From Vicugna vicugna (Eukaryota), in contig MU061814.1 of NCBI GenBank assembly GCA_013265495.1, forward strand, positions 5,273,684 through 5,337,683: DNA of 64,000 nucleotides, in the 5' to 3' direction. The position numbers were made by a program, and so were the translations under genes. Below, piece after piece: positions 1 through 12,000 of the stretch; within the stretch, counting starts at the first letter, position 1; every line of letters starts with the position of its first letter. The notes beneath the pieces were generated by a model. The model was not told where the DNA came from and searched no databases. It saw nothing but the letters and a program-made list of their open reading frames with translations.

Positions 1-340
1 TTCATCCACTGACAAACCCTTAGATTGTTTCCATGCCTTGGCTATTGTAAGTAATGCTACAATGAACACAGGGGTGCACATATCATTTTGAATTAATGCT
101 TTCCTTTCTTTGGATAAATACCCAGAAGTAGAATCATTGAGTCATATGGTAGTTCTGTCTTTAATTTTTGAGGGGCCTCTGTACTGTTTTCCGTAGTTGC
201 TGCACCAATTTACATTCCCACCCACACTGTAGGAGGGTTCCCTTTTCTCCACACCCTCGACAACACTTGTTTTTTCTTATCTTTTTGAGAACAGCCATTC
301 TGACAGGTATGGATGAAGTATCATCATGGCTGTGATATGT
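1..340 (-). mobile_element. LINE-1 remnant, ORF2 C-terminus and 3' region
   Basis: Minus-strand translation [37 protein letters not shown] matches the L1 ORF2p C-terminal cysteine-rich motif. Confidence 0.92.
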
Positions 341-477
341 CTGTTGTGGGGGGTCTCGATAAATCAGCGGGAAATGGCATGTGGAGATAAGCTCTGAAAC
401 CAGATACCGGGGTGCGGGTCTGACCAGGCCTGAGGCACACGGGCCTGAGCTCCAAGCCCTGCCTGGCCAGAAACTTT

Positions 478-640
478 GCACATGTGTGTGTGCATGTGTA
501 CAAATGCACGCACATGAACACAGGGGAGCCAGAGGGCAATGGAAGCTATGCTGCTGAGTGCAAAGTGTTGTACACGTGGCACATGTGTACATGCTCACAC
601 CCAAGCACACACACATATGTGCACACATGCACACCCCAAA
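478..640. repeat. Degenerate (TG)n/(CA)n low-complexity region
   Basis: Interleaved tgtgtg and cacaca runs, directly visible. Confidence 0.75.
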
Positions 641-3491
641 GCAAACCCACAACTGCCCTTTCCATGCCCCGGGAAGCACTTCTTGTGAAACTGTGCACTC
701 TCCCAGTCCTGGGAGTCTTGAGGCCGTTCTCGGCCCGAGTCCTTGCCTGCTTGGCAGCAGAGGGTGGGGGTCAGCGCAGTGGCTGGTCAGAGCCTATGCC
801 TTGCATGGTGACCAGGGGCCTGGCAGGCATTGGAGGAGGGCTCAGGTCAGCCTGCGGCCAGGTGCAGAGAGACGGGCTGCAGGGAGCGGGGGGGGGGGCC
901 AGCCGGGCTGCGGCGGCCCGTGGGGGAGGCGGCCTGTGCTGCGGGTCCATTAACGGATGGAGGCTCCAAGCTGGAGCCAGAGATGACTTAAGAGAGCACC
1001 AGAGGGATGGGATGTGGTCCAGGGGAACGCTCCCCTGCCTCGTCTGGCCTAGGCCAGCCCCGTGCTGAGTGAATAATTCAGCAGGACGGCAGAGACGGGA
1101 GGCAGGGCGGCTCTGCGTGGCCAGGGAAAGGCAGGCAGGCTGGAGCGGGAGGCGTACGTGCTCCGTGGGTTCCATGTCATCCCTATGGCCCTGGAGAGAG
1201 CTGTGACTACTTGGAACTGGGGAGGCTGAGGTCTAGAGAGGGCTCCCTGACCGGGCCCTGGGCTGACTCCTCTGCACCCCAGGGCCTGTTCCCGCAGAGC
1301 TCAGCAGAGGCCTGGGCTTCATGACAGATGTGGCCGCTGTGACATCAGGACCCCGGGGCCTCCAGGAGCAGAATGCACCTCCTGGGGGAAGCAGCAAGGC
1401 TGCCAGCCCAGGACGCCGTAAACCAAGCTGTCCCGTTCAGTAAGGATGCTGCTGGGTCGTCTCCAGTCCCCAGCACCTGACTGGCCCGGGGCTGCTGAGT
1501 CCCCGGAGATCTGGATGTCACCTGGGGGTAGCCGCCCGGGCCCTCTCTAGGGCCAGGCAAGCCACGCTTCCTCGTGCGGCCTCACAGAGGAGCAGTGGGG
1601 CCGGGAGGGCCGCCTCCTGGGGGCTGGCCTGGGGGCTGGGCTGGGTGGCAGGTGGGCAAGCCTGGTCGGTCACTCAGGCATCCCAGCTGGTAGGGACAAC
1701 ACTCTTGGCTCCAGCCCTCTTTCCTGGGAGGCCCTGCCCCACCCAGCAGGAGCGCTGTGGGCCCCTGGCAGCTGCCTGGAACCTTTCCAGGCTGGACGTG
1801 GACCCCGCAGCAGCAGCCTCCCCTCAGGACCACCGTCCTGCCGGGGCACTGCCGGAGCGTGGCAGGGTGCCCTCGCGAGCCTGTGCACAGGCAGCCATGA
1901 GCATAACCTCTCTCCTGCCCAAGACCGCATAAGGCCGTGGCCCCCATGGCTGGGTCCAGGCCCTGCTCCACCCCTCACTGCTGTGTGCCTCAGTTTCTCC
2001 ATCTAAACAACAGGCAGCACTGATCCGGGAGGACTCAGTGAACAAGACAGACAGAGGAGGCCGCTGCCCCCAGGGGCCCAGATTCTAGTGGGAGGAGTCT
2101 GGGTTCTGCTCCTGCAAAGAACAGCTGAGATTCTGTCAGGCTTCTTTAAAGAGCCAGGCAGATGGGGGATGGCAGGCCAAGGACCCCTCCCGGAAGGAAT
2201 GTCTGATTCGTGCCTGAGCCACCACACAACATGTGGGGGAGAGCACTGCAGGTGGCAGGAGCAGCAGGTGCAAAGGCCCTGAGGCAGACGGGACTGGGGG
2301 GTGGTCCCTGCCCAGAAGGGAGGCCCACGTGGCTGGAGCCCAGACAGAGGGCCACTGACAGGTCTTGGCGGGGGAGCGCTGTGGACCCCACTAAGGAGCT
2401 GGGTTTTGTTCTGAGTGAGGTGGGGGCAGAGATGGCAGGATCTAATCCAATCCACATTTTCACAAGGGCCCTTTGGCTGCTGAGGGGAGGGGCGGGAGGG
2501 GTGGATCCTGAAGGCAGCTGGGGCGGCTGGAGTCTCGCTGTGATCCCCCAGGTGGGTGGTGGGCCAGGAGGGGGATTTGAGATTTATTTGGGAGCTGGAG
2601 CGACAAACCACAGCCTGGATGAGGCCCGGGGGTGAGCGAGCTGAGTTGGAGTGCACCCAGAGTTTGGGGTGTTAGGGGGCAGAGGTTTGGGACAGCCTGG
2701 GCCTGCCTGGGTGGGAGGGGGTGCTGCCTGGCCACACTGAGCCTGAGGCTCCCACTGGACTTCCACAGGGGTGAGTGGGCAATCGAGGGCTAAGGCCAGC
2801 TCAGGGGAAAGGTCTGCACCTGGGCATGAATTTGGGGTCATCAATGTCCGGGTGATCTTTGAAGCCTCAGGACTGGCTGAGGTCATGGAGGGTGTGGACA
2901 GCTGGCAGGGGAGGCCTGAACCATGCGGGCCCCAGAACCTGAGAGAAGGGAAAGAGGAGGCAGGAGGGGGTGGGCGTACACAGTACGTGCTCAATAAACG
3001 TGAATCAGTAAGTTATTGGCACAAAGTTCCCTGGTGAAGAGACCCTCTCCTCAGCCACAGAGGGGACGTGAGCCTTGGGATCACACAGGCTGCCAGGGTG
3101 GCACAGGGCCTCCCCGGACCCAAGCAGGTCGTCGCTGCCTTCCCGTGCCCTCGCCCCTTGAGGCCCAGGGGGTCCTAAAGCTCCTCGCCTCACCCACAAA
3201 CGGGACGCTTGGGTTCCTGAGATTTCCAAGCTGCAGCTGCCTCGAGAGGAACCAGAGTTAGGTTAGCAAAGTGCAGAGAGGAGCTCTGTGATGAGAGGGT
3301 GAGAAGAGCGCGGGGGACTGGCCTGTGCCAGCCCACGCCTGCCCCCACCCACCCACCTGCTGTTCCCCTGTCTTCTGGGGCCGCGTAAGTTTCCACAAAT
3401 GCCCGATTAGCAGGGTTCCAGGGATCAAAAGAGGCGGGACCACAGGGATGCCTCGCTGCCCCCAAGAATGCTTCCCCGCTGGAAGCTGGGG

Positions 3492-3524
3492 GTGTGTGTG
3501 TGCGCGCGCGCACGTGTGCACACA
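3492..3524. repeat. 33-bp perfectly alternating purine-pyrimidine tract
   Basis: gtgtgtgtgtgcgcgcgcgcacgtgtgcacaca. Confidence 0.9.
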
Positions 3525-3631
3525 GTATCCTGACCCTCGATGGCTCAGAGGGGCACGGCCGGGACCACAAGCCCCCTTGAGGCTGTGGACCTGTGGGCTG
3601 GGGTTTTGCCCAGCTAGCTGCCCTGGGAGGG

Positions 3632-3781
3632 AGGTGGTTCTTAAACTTGGAGTGCCTCTGGAAGGCTTCTCAAAACCCAGAGTGCTGGGGCCCCCCATTT
3701 CTGGCTCAGCAGGTCTGGGGCATTGAGAAAATGCCTTTCCAGGGTGCTTCTGGCCTGGGGACCCCGCCTTGAGAACCACTG
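3632..3781. mobile_element. MER5A-like hAT-Charlie MITE
   Basis: Terminal inverted repeats GTGGTTCTTA (3634-3643) and TGAGAACCAC (3770-3779). A second partial MER5-like piece lies at about 3810-3880. Confidence 0.8.
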
Positions 3782-5269
3782 ATGTGGGGGTTCCCACCCT
3801 CCTGCCTCCAGATTAAATCACCTGGAGAGCTTTAAAAACCAAGCCTGGCCCCTCTCAGACACATTATGTCAGAACCTGGGGGAGGGAAGAGAGATGGGGA
3901 GCCGGATGGTGAGTCTTTGAAGTTCTCTGGACGACTCCATCATGGGCGGGGGGCGTGGGGGAGAACAGGTGAAACAGATATGGTCCTGCACGTGGTCCAA
4001 CACCACGCAGCCACGCAGTCACGCAGAGGGAGGGGCTGGGCGGGCAGTGCTGCCGGTGAGCGTGGACACGCTGGCCCCCCGGAGGCGGGGGGGCCTGAGG
4101 TCAGGGCTGTGGGCAGGATTGTCGGGGGTCCTGGATTCAGCGGAGGCAGCCCTGTGGGATAATCTCCAGACCCGCCGAGCGGAGCGAACGACGGCATTGT
4201 GCAAAGGTCCAGAGGCCAAACACCAGGACACACACACACTCACACGCTCCTTGTCTCCAGAGACGCCTGCCTACCTGCGTGTCCTGCGCTGGGCCCAGGG
4301 CGAGCCGCTCTCATGGCCCGTGTGACCGCCTTGTGGCCAGCAGCACACTGCCTGGGGCACCGCTGGGCAGAGGGCGGTGTTTTCTCATTGCTTTACTCAG
4401 AGTCGCCTCTCTGGGGATCTTGAAAAGCAGACTGGGTTTTATTTGGGTTTATTCATGTTTTTAAAGCCTCTGCAGACAACATTGCCCACCTGGGGTGACC
4501 AGGCCCGTTTCCTCCTCCAGGCCCAGCCCAGGCTCTGGTCATTAATGATCAGTTAAAGCCGAGTGGAGGGAGAGGGGAGGGGAGGGGAGGGAGGAGAGGC
4601 TGGAGGCGGCGGCAATGGAGCTTCTGGGTCCAGGCGGGCTCCTGGGCCTCTCTGGGCGGGAGGCTCCGGTCCCAAGTCAAGGGGTCCAGCCGCCCCTTGG
4701 GCCCTGCTCCCCAGGACAATGACCTGAACCATCTATTTGTCCTGAGGTCCTCAGGCTCAAGCGCTCGAGACCCACAGGCGTCTGCTGGTGCCAGGCCAGG
4801 TGGGGTGGGGTGGGGGTGGCTAATGACCAAGGCCCGGGGGACGGGCACAATGTGGTCTCACACTGCACAGGCTGCGGCCACCTCAGCTCTCAGCGTGGAG
4901 CCCCGTGCTGGTCCAGGTCCCAGGCCTCTGTCTCTAACCCTCCCCCCTCAGCCCCTACCAGTGCTTCTCACCAAGGTCTTCCCAAGGTGGCGGCTGGACC
5001 CCTTGACTTGGCAAAGGCGTCGGGGAAGCCAGGGCCTGCAGAAGGGCGAGAGCCGTGGTGGATGTCCAGGGAGGCCCTCCCCCACCACCAGCACTGGGGA
5101 GGACCCAGCATGTGGCGTCCCCAAGGAACCTCTCTGGAGGTGGGTTGGCGGCGGGGATGGGGCACGAGGCGGATGGTGTCCCCATCTCCAGCTCTCGTCC
5201 CTCTGCAGGGAACTTCCTCAAGCTGGTTACAGGCATCTACAGAAAACAAAACAACAGCAAAGCGTAAAC

Positions 5270-7260
5270 AGAAGGCCAATAGCCAGCACCATTTTTATTG
5301 GTGGAAGACCTGGCAGTATAATAAGGCGACAGACAAGTCACGAAATTTTGGGAAGAAGTAAAACTGTCTCCAACCACAGGTAACATGACACCTATACAGA
5401 AACTCTCAAGGAATAGACAAAAAAGCGACAAGAGCTAAGAAATGAGTTTTGCAAGGTCATCTGATGCAAGGTCACTATACAAAAATCAGTCGTACTTCTA
5501 TACCCTAGCAAGAGCTATTATGAGCTGAAATTTGGGAACAGTACTGTTTACAATGGCAACAAAAGCATACGAAATACTTAGATATAAATCTAAAAATATG
5601 TGTAACTTCTGTAAGCTGAAAACTACAAGACACTGATCTAAGAAGTCAACAAAAGGCAAAGAAATGGGGAGATAAACCACCTTCATGGATTGTTTACATG
5701 TTTCCCCTAAACTGGCCTAAAGAGCTAACGCCGGTCTGGGGAGGTGGGGCGGGGAGCAGCAGAAATTTTCAGTAGAAATTCGGAAACTTATTTTAAAATG
5801 TGTATGGAAAGGCAGAGGAGCTAGAATCACCAAAACAAGTCTGAAAAGGAACAAAGCTGAGGGGTCACACGGCCTGATTTCAAGTCTTACTCTAAAGCTG
5901 CAGCCACCGAGGGCAGGGTTCACCACAGGATAGACTCAGAGATGACAAGAACAGAAGAGAGACCCCAGAAGCAGACCCCCACGTATATATACAGGCAACC
6001 GACTTTCAGTGAAGGTTCGAAGGTGACTCAATAGTGAAAGGATGGTCTTTTCAACAAATTGCGCTGGAAAAATTCAATATCCATATGCAAAAAAGGGACT
6101 TGATTCATGCATCACAACATATACAAAAATTGACTCAAAACAGTTCATAGACCTAAGCATAAAGTCTAAATTATAAAACTTCTAGAAGTCATGAAAGGAA
6201 ATTTTTGTGACCGGGGGTTGGGCAAAGATCTTACCTATGACACTAAAAGCCTTGATCCGTAAAGGAATAAATTTGTCAGTTGGTCAAAACTAAGAACTTC
6301 AGCTCTTTCAGTGACAGTTAAGAGAATGAAAAGAAAAGCTGTGGCCTGGGAGAAAATATTTGCAAGTCACATTATCTGATAAATCACTTGTATTCAGAAT
6401 ATATAAAGAACTTTCAAAGCTCAGTAACAATACACATCCCAGTGCTTAAAATAAGCGGACAATTTGAACAGACACTCCATCAGAGAAGATACACGTATGG
6501 CAAATAAGCACATGCAAAGACGCTCAAGGTCCTTAGTTACTAGGCAAACGCAGGCTAAAACCCCAGCAGAGACGCCAGTGCACGCTTACTAGAACAGCTC
6601 AGTTGAAAGAAAACATCTGACAATGCCAAGCGCTGGCAAGGGTGTGGAGCAACTGGAACCCTCGCGCTTTGCTGGTGCGAAAGCGAAACGACGCAGCCAC
6701 TCTGGAAGGCAGCTCAGCTCTTCTTACAAAGAGAAGCCTGCTCACAGCCCCGCTCGTGGTTACTTGCCCAAGTGAAACGGAAGTATGCTCACACGTGTCT
6801 CACCTGTGGACGCGTATAGCGGATTTGTTCATATCACGCCGAACGTCCTTCTCGGAATGGGTGGCTGAGCTGCGCACGTCTGTACGATGAAATCCCGCTT
6901 GGGGGTTAAGAGCGAGGAAGCTGCTGGTGGACACGTCCACCCATCTCAGAGGCGCTGTGCTCGGCGAAGGAGGCCAGACCCCAAGGTGAGGCACAATCCG
7001 ACTCCCTTTACTGGCAAAAAGCTACGGGGACGGACGAGAGATCAGCGTGTGCCTGCGCGGGGGTGCAGAGGGGGCACTACGAGGGTTCGTGGGGGCCAGG
7101 CGGACGGGTTCTCCCCTTCCTGATTACAGACACAAGTATTTGTGCTTGTCAAAACCCACAGAATCGTGCACTTGCCCTGCACACGCGCATATTGCCCCTT
7201 ACTTCAAATTGGAATAGCCCCTCTGGTCTCCTTACGCTGTTTGCATTGAGTAATACAGTA
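5270..7260 (+). mobile_element. Old LINE-1 (L1M) remnant, 3' part of ORF2 plus 3' UTR
   Basis: A-rich sense strand with typical L1M segments (ggtcttttcaacaaatt, gggagaaaatatttgcaagtcac, gtgtggagcaactggaaccctc); no intact ORF. Confidence 0.88.
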
Positions 7261-7379
7261 TCTTTTCCTGTTCACTTAATGTTACCTGCTTGTGTCCATG
7301 TGGGAAGCTTGTCTCTTGTAGCCAGAGTGTGGTAGGATCTGGCCTTCTCCATATCCACTCTGCCCTTTAATCAGCTGGA

Positions 7380-9010
7380 ATGCTTAAAGCATGAACATTT
7401 GCTGCAATTATCCACCTGGTTGGATTCAGGGCTCCCATTTTACTTTTTGTTTTCTGTCTGTCTCCTTTGGGTTTTCAAAACTTATTCCTTCTAATGAATA
7501 TTTTTTCAGTTTTCTGCTTTATTGTATGTATTGGCTTTTTGACTATCTTGTGTTATTTTTTAGAGGTTGCTCTAGAGATTTCAATATCCTTAATCTTTTG
7601 CAGTCTGCTTGGAGTTAGTGTTTTACTGTTGCCCACCAAGTATGGGAAAGTTTGCAACACTCCGGTCCGTTCTCCACCTTACCCCCCGCCAGCCTTTATT
7701 CTGTCATCGTCATGTGTGTTCCACCTACGTATGTTGGAAATCCCACCAGAGAGTATTACCATTTTTTGGTTTTAAATAGACTTATATGTTTCAAAGAACT
7801 TAAGGGGAAGGAAGGCGAGCTTCCATCCTTGGTCACCATCTCTGTCGTCCCGCCTTCATCTCTGAGCTCTGCTTCCTTCTGGGGTCGTTTCCCTCCAGCC
7901 CTTAGCGTTTCTGGCAGAGAAGCTCTCTTAGCTTTCCTTCATCTCAGAGCATCTTTATTTTACCTTCGTTCCTGAAAGACATACTTACAGGAAATAGAAT
8001 TCTGGCTCTCTGGCCTCCATGGTTTCTGACGAGAAGTTGCCGCCATGGGAATCGTCGTTTCTGCACGTGGAATGTGCAGTTCTTCCAGAGCCACCGGATT
8101 CCCGACGAGGGGACAGAGACCCCTCTCCATGGAGGGGGTCACAGCCATGCTGGAGAGGAGGCTGGAGCTGGGTGAGACCTGTCTTTGCTGCTTTCAAGAT
8201 ACTTCTTTTGGTTTCAGGCGATCTGCTGCGTCTGTTTCCAGGTGTGGGTCTGTTGAGTTTATCCTCTTTGGGATTCTCCAGGCTTCTTGCATGTTCAGAT
8301 TTGTGTCTCACCGGATTTGGAATGTTTCAGCCATCATTCTTTCTTTTGTTTGAGGGGAGGTTGGCAATTAGGTTTATTTATTTATGTTTAAAGGAGGTGC
8401 TGGGGATGGAACCCAGGACCTCATGCATGCTAAGCATGTGCTCTACCGCTTGAGCCACACCCTCCCCCCTCAGCCATGACTCTTCAAATAGCTTTTCCAC
8501 TCCAATCTCTTTCTCCCCCTTTTCTGGAACCCCAGACGTACCCTGACTTTTGACATTGTCCTCACTGGTCCGTGAGGCTCTGTTCAGTTTTTCCTTTTCT
8601 CTTTGGTCTTCACATGGGATATTTTCTGTTTATTTATCTATCTTGAAGTTCACTGACTTTCCTCTTTCAACTCCACTCTGCTACCAAGTCCATCAGTGAA
8701 GCTTTACATTCCAGATGTATTTTTCAGTTCTAAAACACTCACTTGTTTACTTTGTGTTTCCAGCTTCTCTGCTGAGAATTCTTATTCATCTCATATCGTC
8801 TTCGCTCTGGGTGTGCGCACGAGTGTGATCTCACACGGCCGTTGTGACACCTGCTGCAAGCACTGGCCCTCCCGGGACTGGCCTCCGATCAGTGTCTTTC
8901 CTCTGAGAAGCGGTCGTTTTTCTGGACTCTGCTGAGTAACTCGCTTTACGTCCTGGTTGTGAACACAGTGCTGTGCAGACTCTGGGCTGTTCTCTCCCTC
9001 CGGAGATGCT
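7380..9010 (-). mobile_element. Old LINE-1 (L1M) remnant, ORF1 region, antisense
   Basis: T-rich plus strand; minus-strand peptide ...KRSILKAAK... resembles the ORF1p KILKAAREK motif; interrupted by a SINE. Confidence 0.75.
8342..8469 (-). mobile_element. tRNA-Ala-derived camelid SINE (vic-1-like) with 15-bp target-site duplication
   Basis: Minus strand reads GGGGGAGGGTGTGGCTCAAGCGGTAGAGCACATGCTTAGCATGCATGAGGTCCTGGGTTCCATCCCCAGCACCTCC plus an (AAAT)-type tail. TSD is TCAGCCATCATTCTT (8327-8341) / TCAGCCATGACTCTT (8470-8484). Confidence 0.88.
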
Positions 9011-12000
9011 GGCGTCTACTCCCCAGCAGGCCAGTCACCTCCCCTCGGTGGGCAGCGCTGCACCGCCGCCGTGGCTGGCTGGGCCTGCCCCGCCGCGCAC
9101 CCTCCAGGCTTGCTCTGAGATGCATGAGAACTCGCACACAGAATCGGGGCTCCTCCTGGGTGGCTCTGCCCCTTTCTGCACTCTCTCTACCCTGCTGCCT
9201 GCAGGGCCCCTTGTCCAGTTCCTCTGGCTGGAAGGATGGGGCTTCTCTCGGAGTTTGAGCCTCTCATGTGGCTGTGCTGATGTGAGACTAGGGCTTGCCC
9301 TCTGGGCAGAGCCTCAAGGAAACCCAGAGACTCCAGGCAGGTTCTTCTCCACGCGGCCCCTCCGTGGTCTGCCTGCGTCCCCGAGGCCTCAGAAGCCACT
9401 GTTTGCATGCTGTCCGGATTTTAGTCATAGCCAGAGAGAGGGACAGGCCTTAGCTAGATCAGTCCTGTGGGGCTGTATATGAGGTGTCACCTGTTTCCTG
9501 ACAGCGAAGCTTGGTGGGGTGACCTTCATGGCCCCTGAAGGTGGGAGTGGGCACCTGGCTGTGTGCAAGGCACCTGGGCAGGGCCATTAACTCCAGGAGG
9601 TGGTGAGGACTCTGTGGACAGCTCTTTACCTGGGGCACCGGCCCGAGCTGTCTTGCGTCTGGTGTGGGCGGCTGAGCGAGGCCACGAGCTAGGTCAGGTG
9701 GGGAGTGACATCAGCACATTGATGCAACATCTTCCTTTCCTGCGTCAAAGTTGAACCAACATCCTCAGACACAGGCGGCAGCTGCCCATCCCCCCGCCAC
9801 AGCCGCGGGGAGGGCGGGCAGGGCTGGACTCTGAGCCTGAGGGGGGCCACCGGGCACTCAGCGAGGTGGGAGCAGAGGGGCCGGAGCCCATTCTGTCCCC
9901 GCCCGCTGTTCTTTGAGCTACTCCAGGGTGCCTAGGGTGGCAGAGTCCTTGTCGGACCCAGGTTTCCTTGGCCCCACACCCAGCTCCAGGGGTGAATAAT
10001 TGATGGCAGAGCCGATGAGCTCAGAGCTGGCGGCGGGGCCGTCTGGCCGGTTGGCGGTGACTCAGTGGGGAGGAAGAGACGGGAAGCAGAGGCATCTCAC
10101 GCACACCCGGCCCATCAGTAACCGGCAGGAAGGGGGACATGAGACATATGGGCCGTGACAGCTTAATGGCCTTTGGTTAAAGCGTCCCCTGAATGTGCTA
10201 GCACCAGGAGGCTCTTAGCTGAGGCCACTCGTCTGGCCAGGCTGGGCCGGGGCTGCAGGCTCGCTTCCCAGGTGCAGGTGGCACCTCCTGCTGCAGGATC
10301 TGTGGCCTCGGGGGGACGCTGGGTGGGCAGTGGAGGAGGGTGCATCCTGGGGACCTGGACCACCCGGCCACACCTAGACGGGGACGATTCTGGGCCAGAC
10401 CTGGGCCCTACTCTGCCTGTTCACCGTGACACCCACCTCCCCTGAGGGCCCCTCCCAGGACCCACCAGCAGGAGCTGGGCAGCCAGGCATTGTGGCTGGA
10501 AGACCCAGAACCACGTGCCTGTCCTCTAGGTGCTGAATCCCAGGCCCCACCATCCCCTCCAGATCCGGTATCCCTTGGTTTGGGGAAAACAGTGAGGTCA
10601 GAGGGGACTTGGTCACATTCCCCAAAGAGCCCAGAATAGGACAGGAATACCCAGCTCAGCTCCTCTGGGCTGCAAGAGCTCCTCTTGGGGGTGGGGAGGG
10701 CAGGGAACTTCCAGGGAACTGTCACTCCCTTTCACTCCTGAGGACAAGAGGACTTGGAGTTGTGGCAGCAGGGGCAGGGCCCACGACTCACCTGCGTGCA
10801 CACCTGGCCCAGCTCAAATGGCCCACTGGGAAGAGGCCTGCCTGCACACCTGCCCAGGTCACTCCGCCTGATGGGGAGGAATCCCAGTAAGCTAAAGATT
10901 CAGGATTTCAGCTAAGGGGTCAACAGTTGATGGAGGGCCTGGCTTTTCTGTCGTATCCATGACGGGGTGGGGGGAGGTGATGACAGGTGGGGGTCTCAGC
11001 CTGGCTGGGGTCTGAGGACAAGGCCCCTACACCAGCTCCAGGGAGACTGTCCCCATTCCCCTCGGGCTGTGCAGGGCAGCAGAGGACCATCCTGGTGGGA
11101 CAGACAGAGGCCGAGTGGGAGGAGCCCCGAGTGGGGAGACGGGGCCACCTGGACTGGCCCGCAGCCCAGGCCTCCAGCAGCTCCCGCCAGGCCCCCGCCT
11201 GTGCCTGCACGCCGCCCTCCCCAGGCCCCGCAGCACTTCTGCAGGGGTGGCTGGCCGTCCTCCGCCAGAGCCAGCACCCGCCAGGGACAGTGGAGGACGG
11301 GTGCTCGGCAGGCCTGTCCTCTTGGGGCCGAGGGGCAGCTCAGAGCAGCTTCACGACCCAGAGGGCCTGCAGTGGCCCGTCACCGGTGGTCACCGTTCCG
11401 GATGCAAGTGTGCCGCTGCAGTGAGTGGGCCGCTGGTGGAGACCTGCTCACCGTCCTGAGTCACACCACGTGTGACTTGTCACAGTCGCCTCTCCAATGT
11501 CACTCTACAGCTTGATTAATAGCTGGGCTGGGCGTCCCAGAATGTTTAAGCTCTTTCGCTTTTGGGAATTGCAGTGAAGCGCCTTCCTCCGGACGGTTCT
11601 CCCTCACACCTGTCCAAACAGCTTCATCCAGTCCAGACAGCGGCTCCGGCCTCCGTGGCACCTTTCTGTTAATCACGAATCGCGCGCTTAAGGGTGACCC
11701 CTTCATCAGATGCGGGGACTGACCTCCTTGGCTTTCACGCCCGAGGAAGACGTCCTATGAAATTCCAAAAGGAGAGAAAGACCCCACTGGTCAGAGAGAT
11801 GGAGACGGAGGGGGAGAGGAGGGCCTGGGGCTGGTGAAGTCTTTGCCATCAAGAAAACCCCTCGTTGGAGAACATGGTGTAAAAATAGCGTCTCAGCTAA
11901 ATGGACCACGCTCCAAGCGGAGTGGTGCCAGCCCCCGCCCCCCTGACTCTCCGAGGACCCACACGTTGACCCCGCGCTGGGAAGCCCTGGGCTGGGGGCC

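Noticed and set aside
8393-8468. tRNA-Ala(AGC)-like sequence on the minus strand
   Set aside because: The acceptor stem does not pair, the B box is mutated, and it has an A-rich tail and TSD. It is a SINE, not a tRNA gene.
8702-8713. 12-nt miR-1 complement CTTTACATTCCA
   Set aside because: Lies in an intergenic L1 remnant with no evidence of transcription. Kept only as a chance-match control for the exon 9 site.
5270-9010. Opposed L1 pieces as one twin-primed 5'-inverted insertion
   Set aside because: The inverted piece lies downstream of the sense 3' end, which is the wrong geometry. Two independent insertions fit better.
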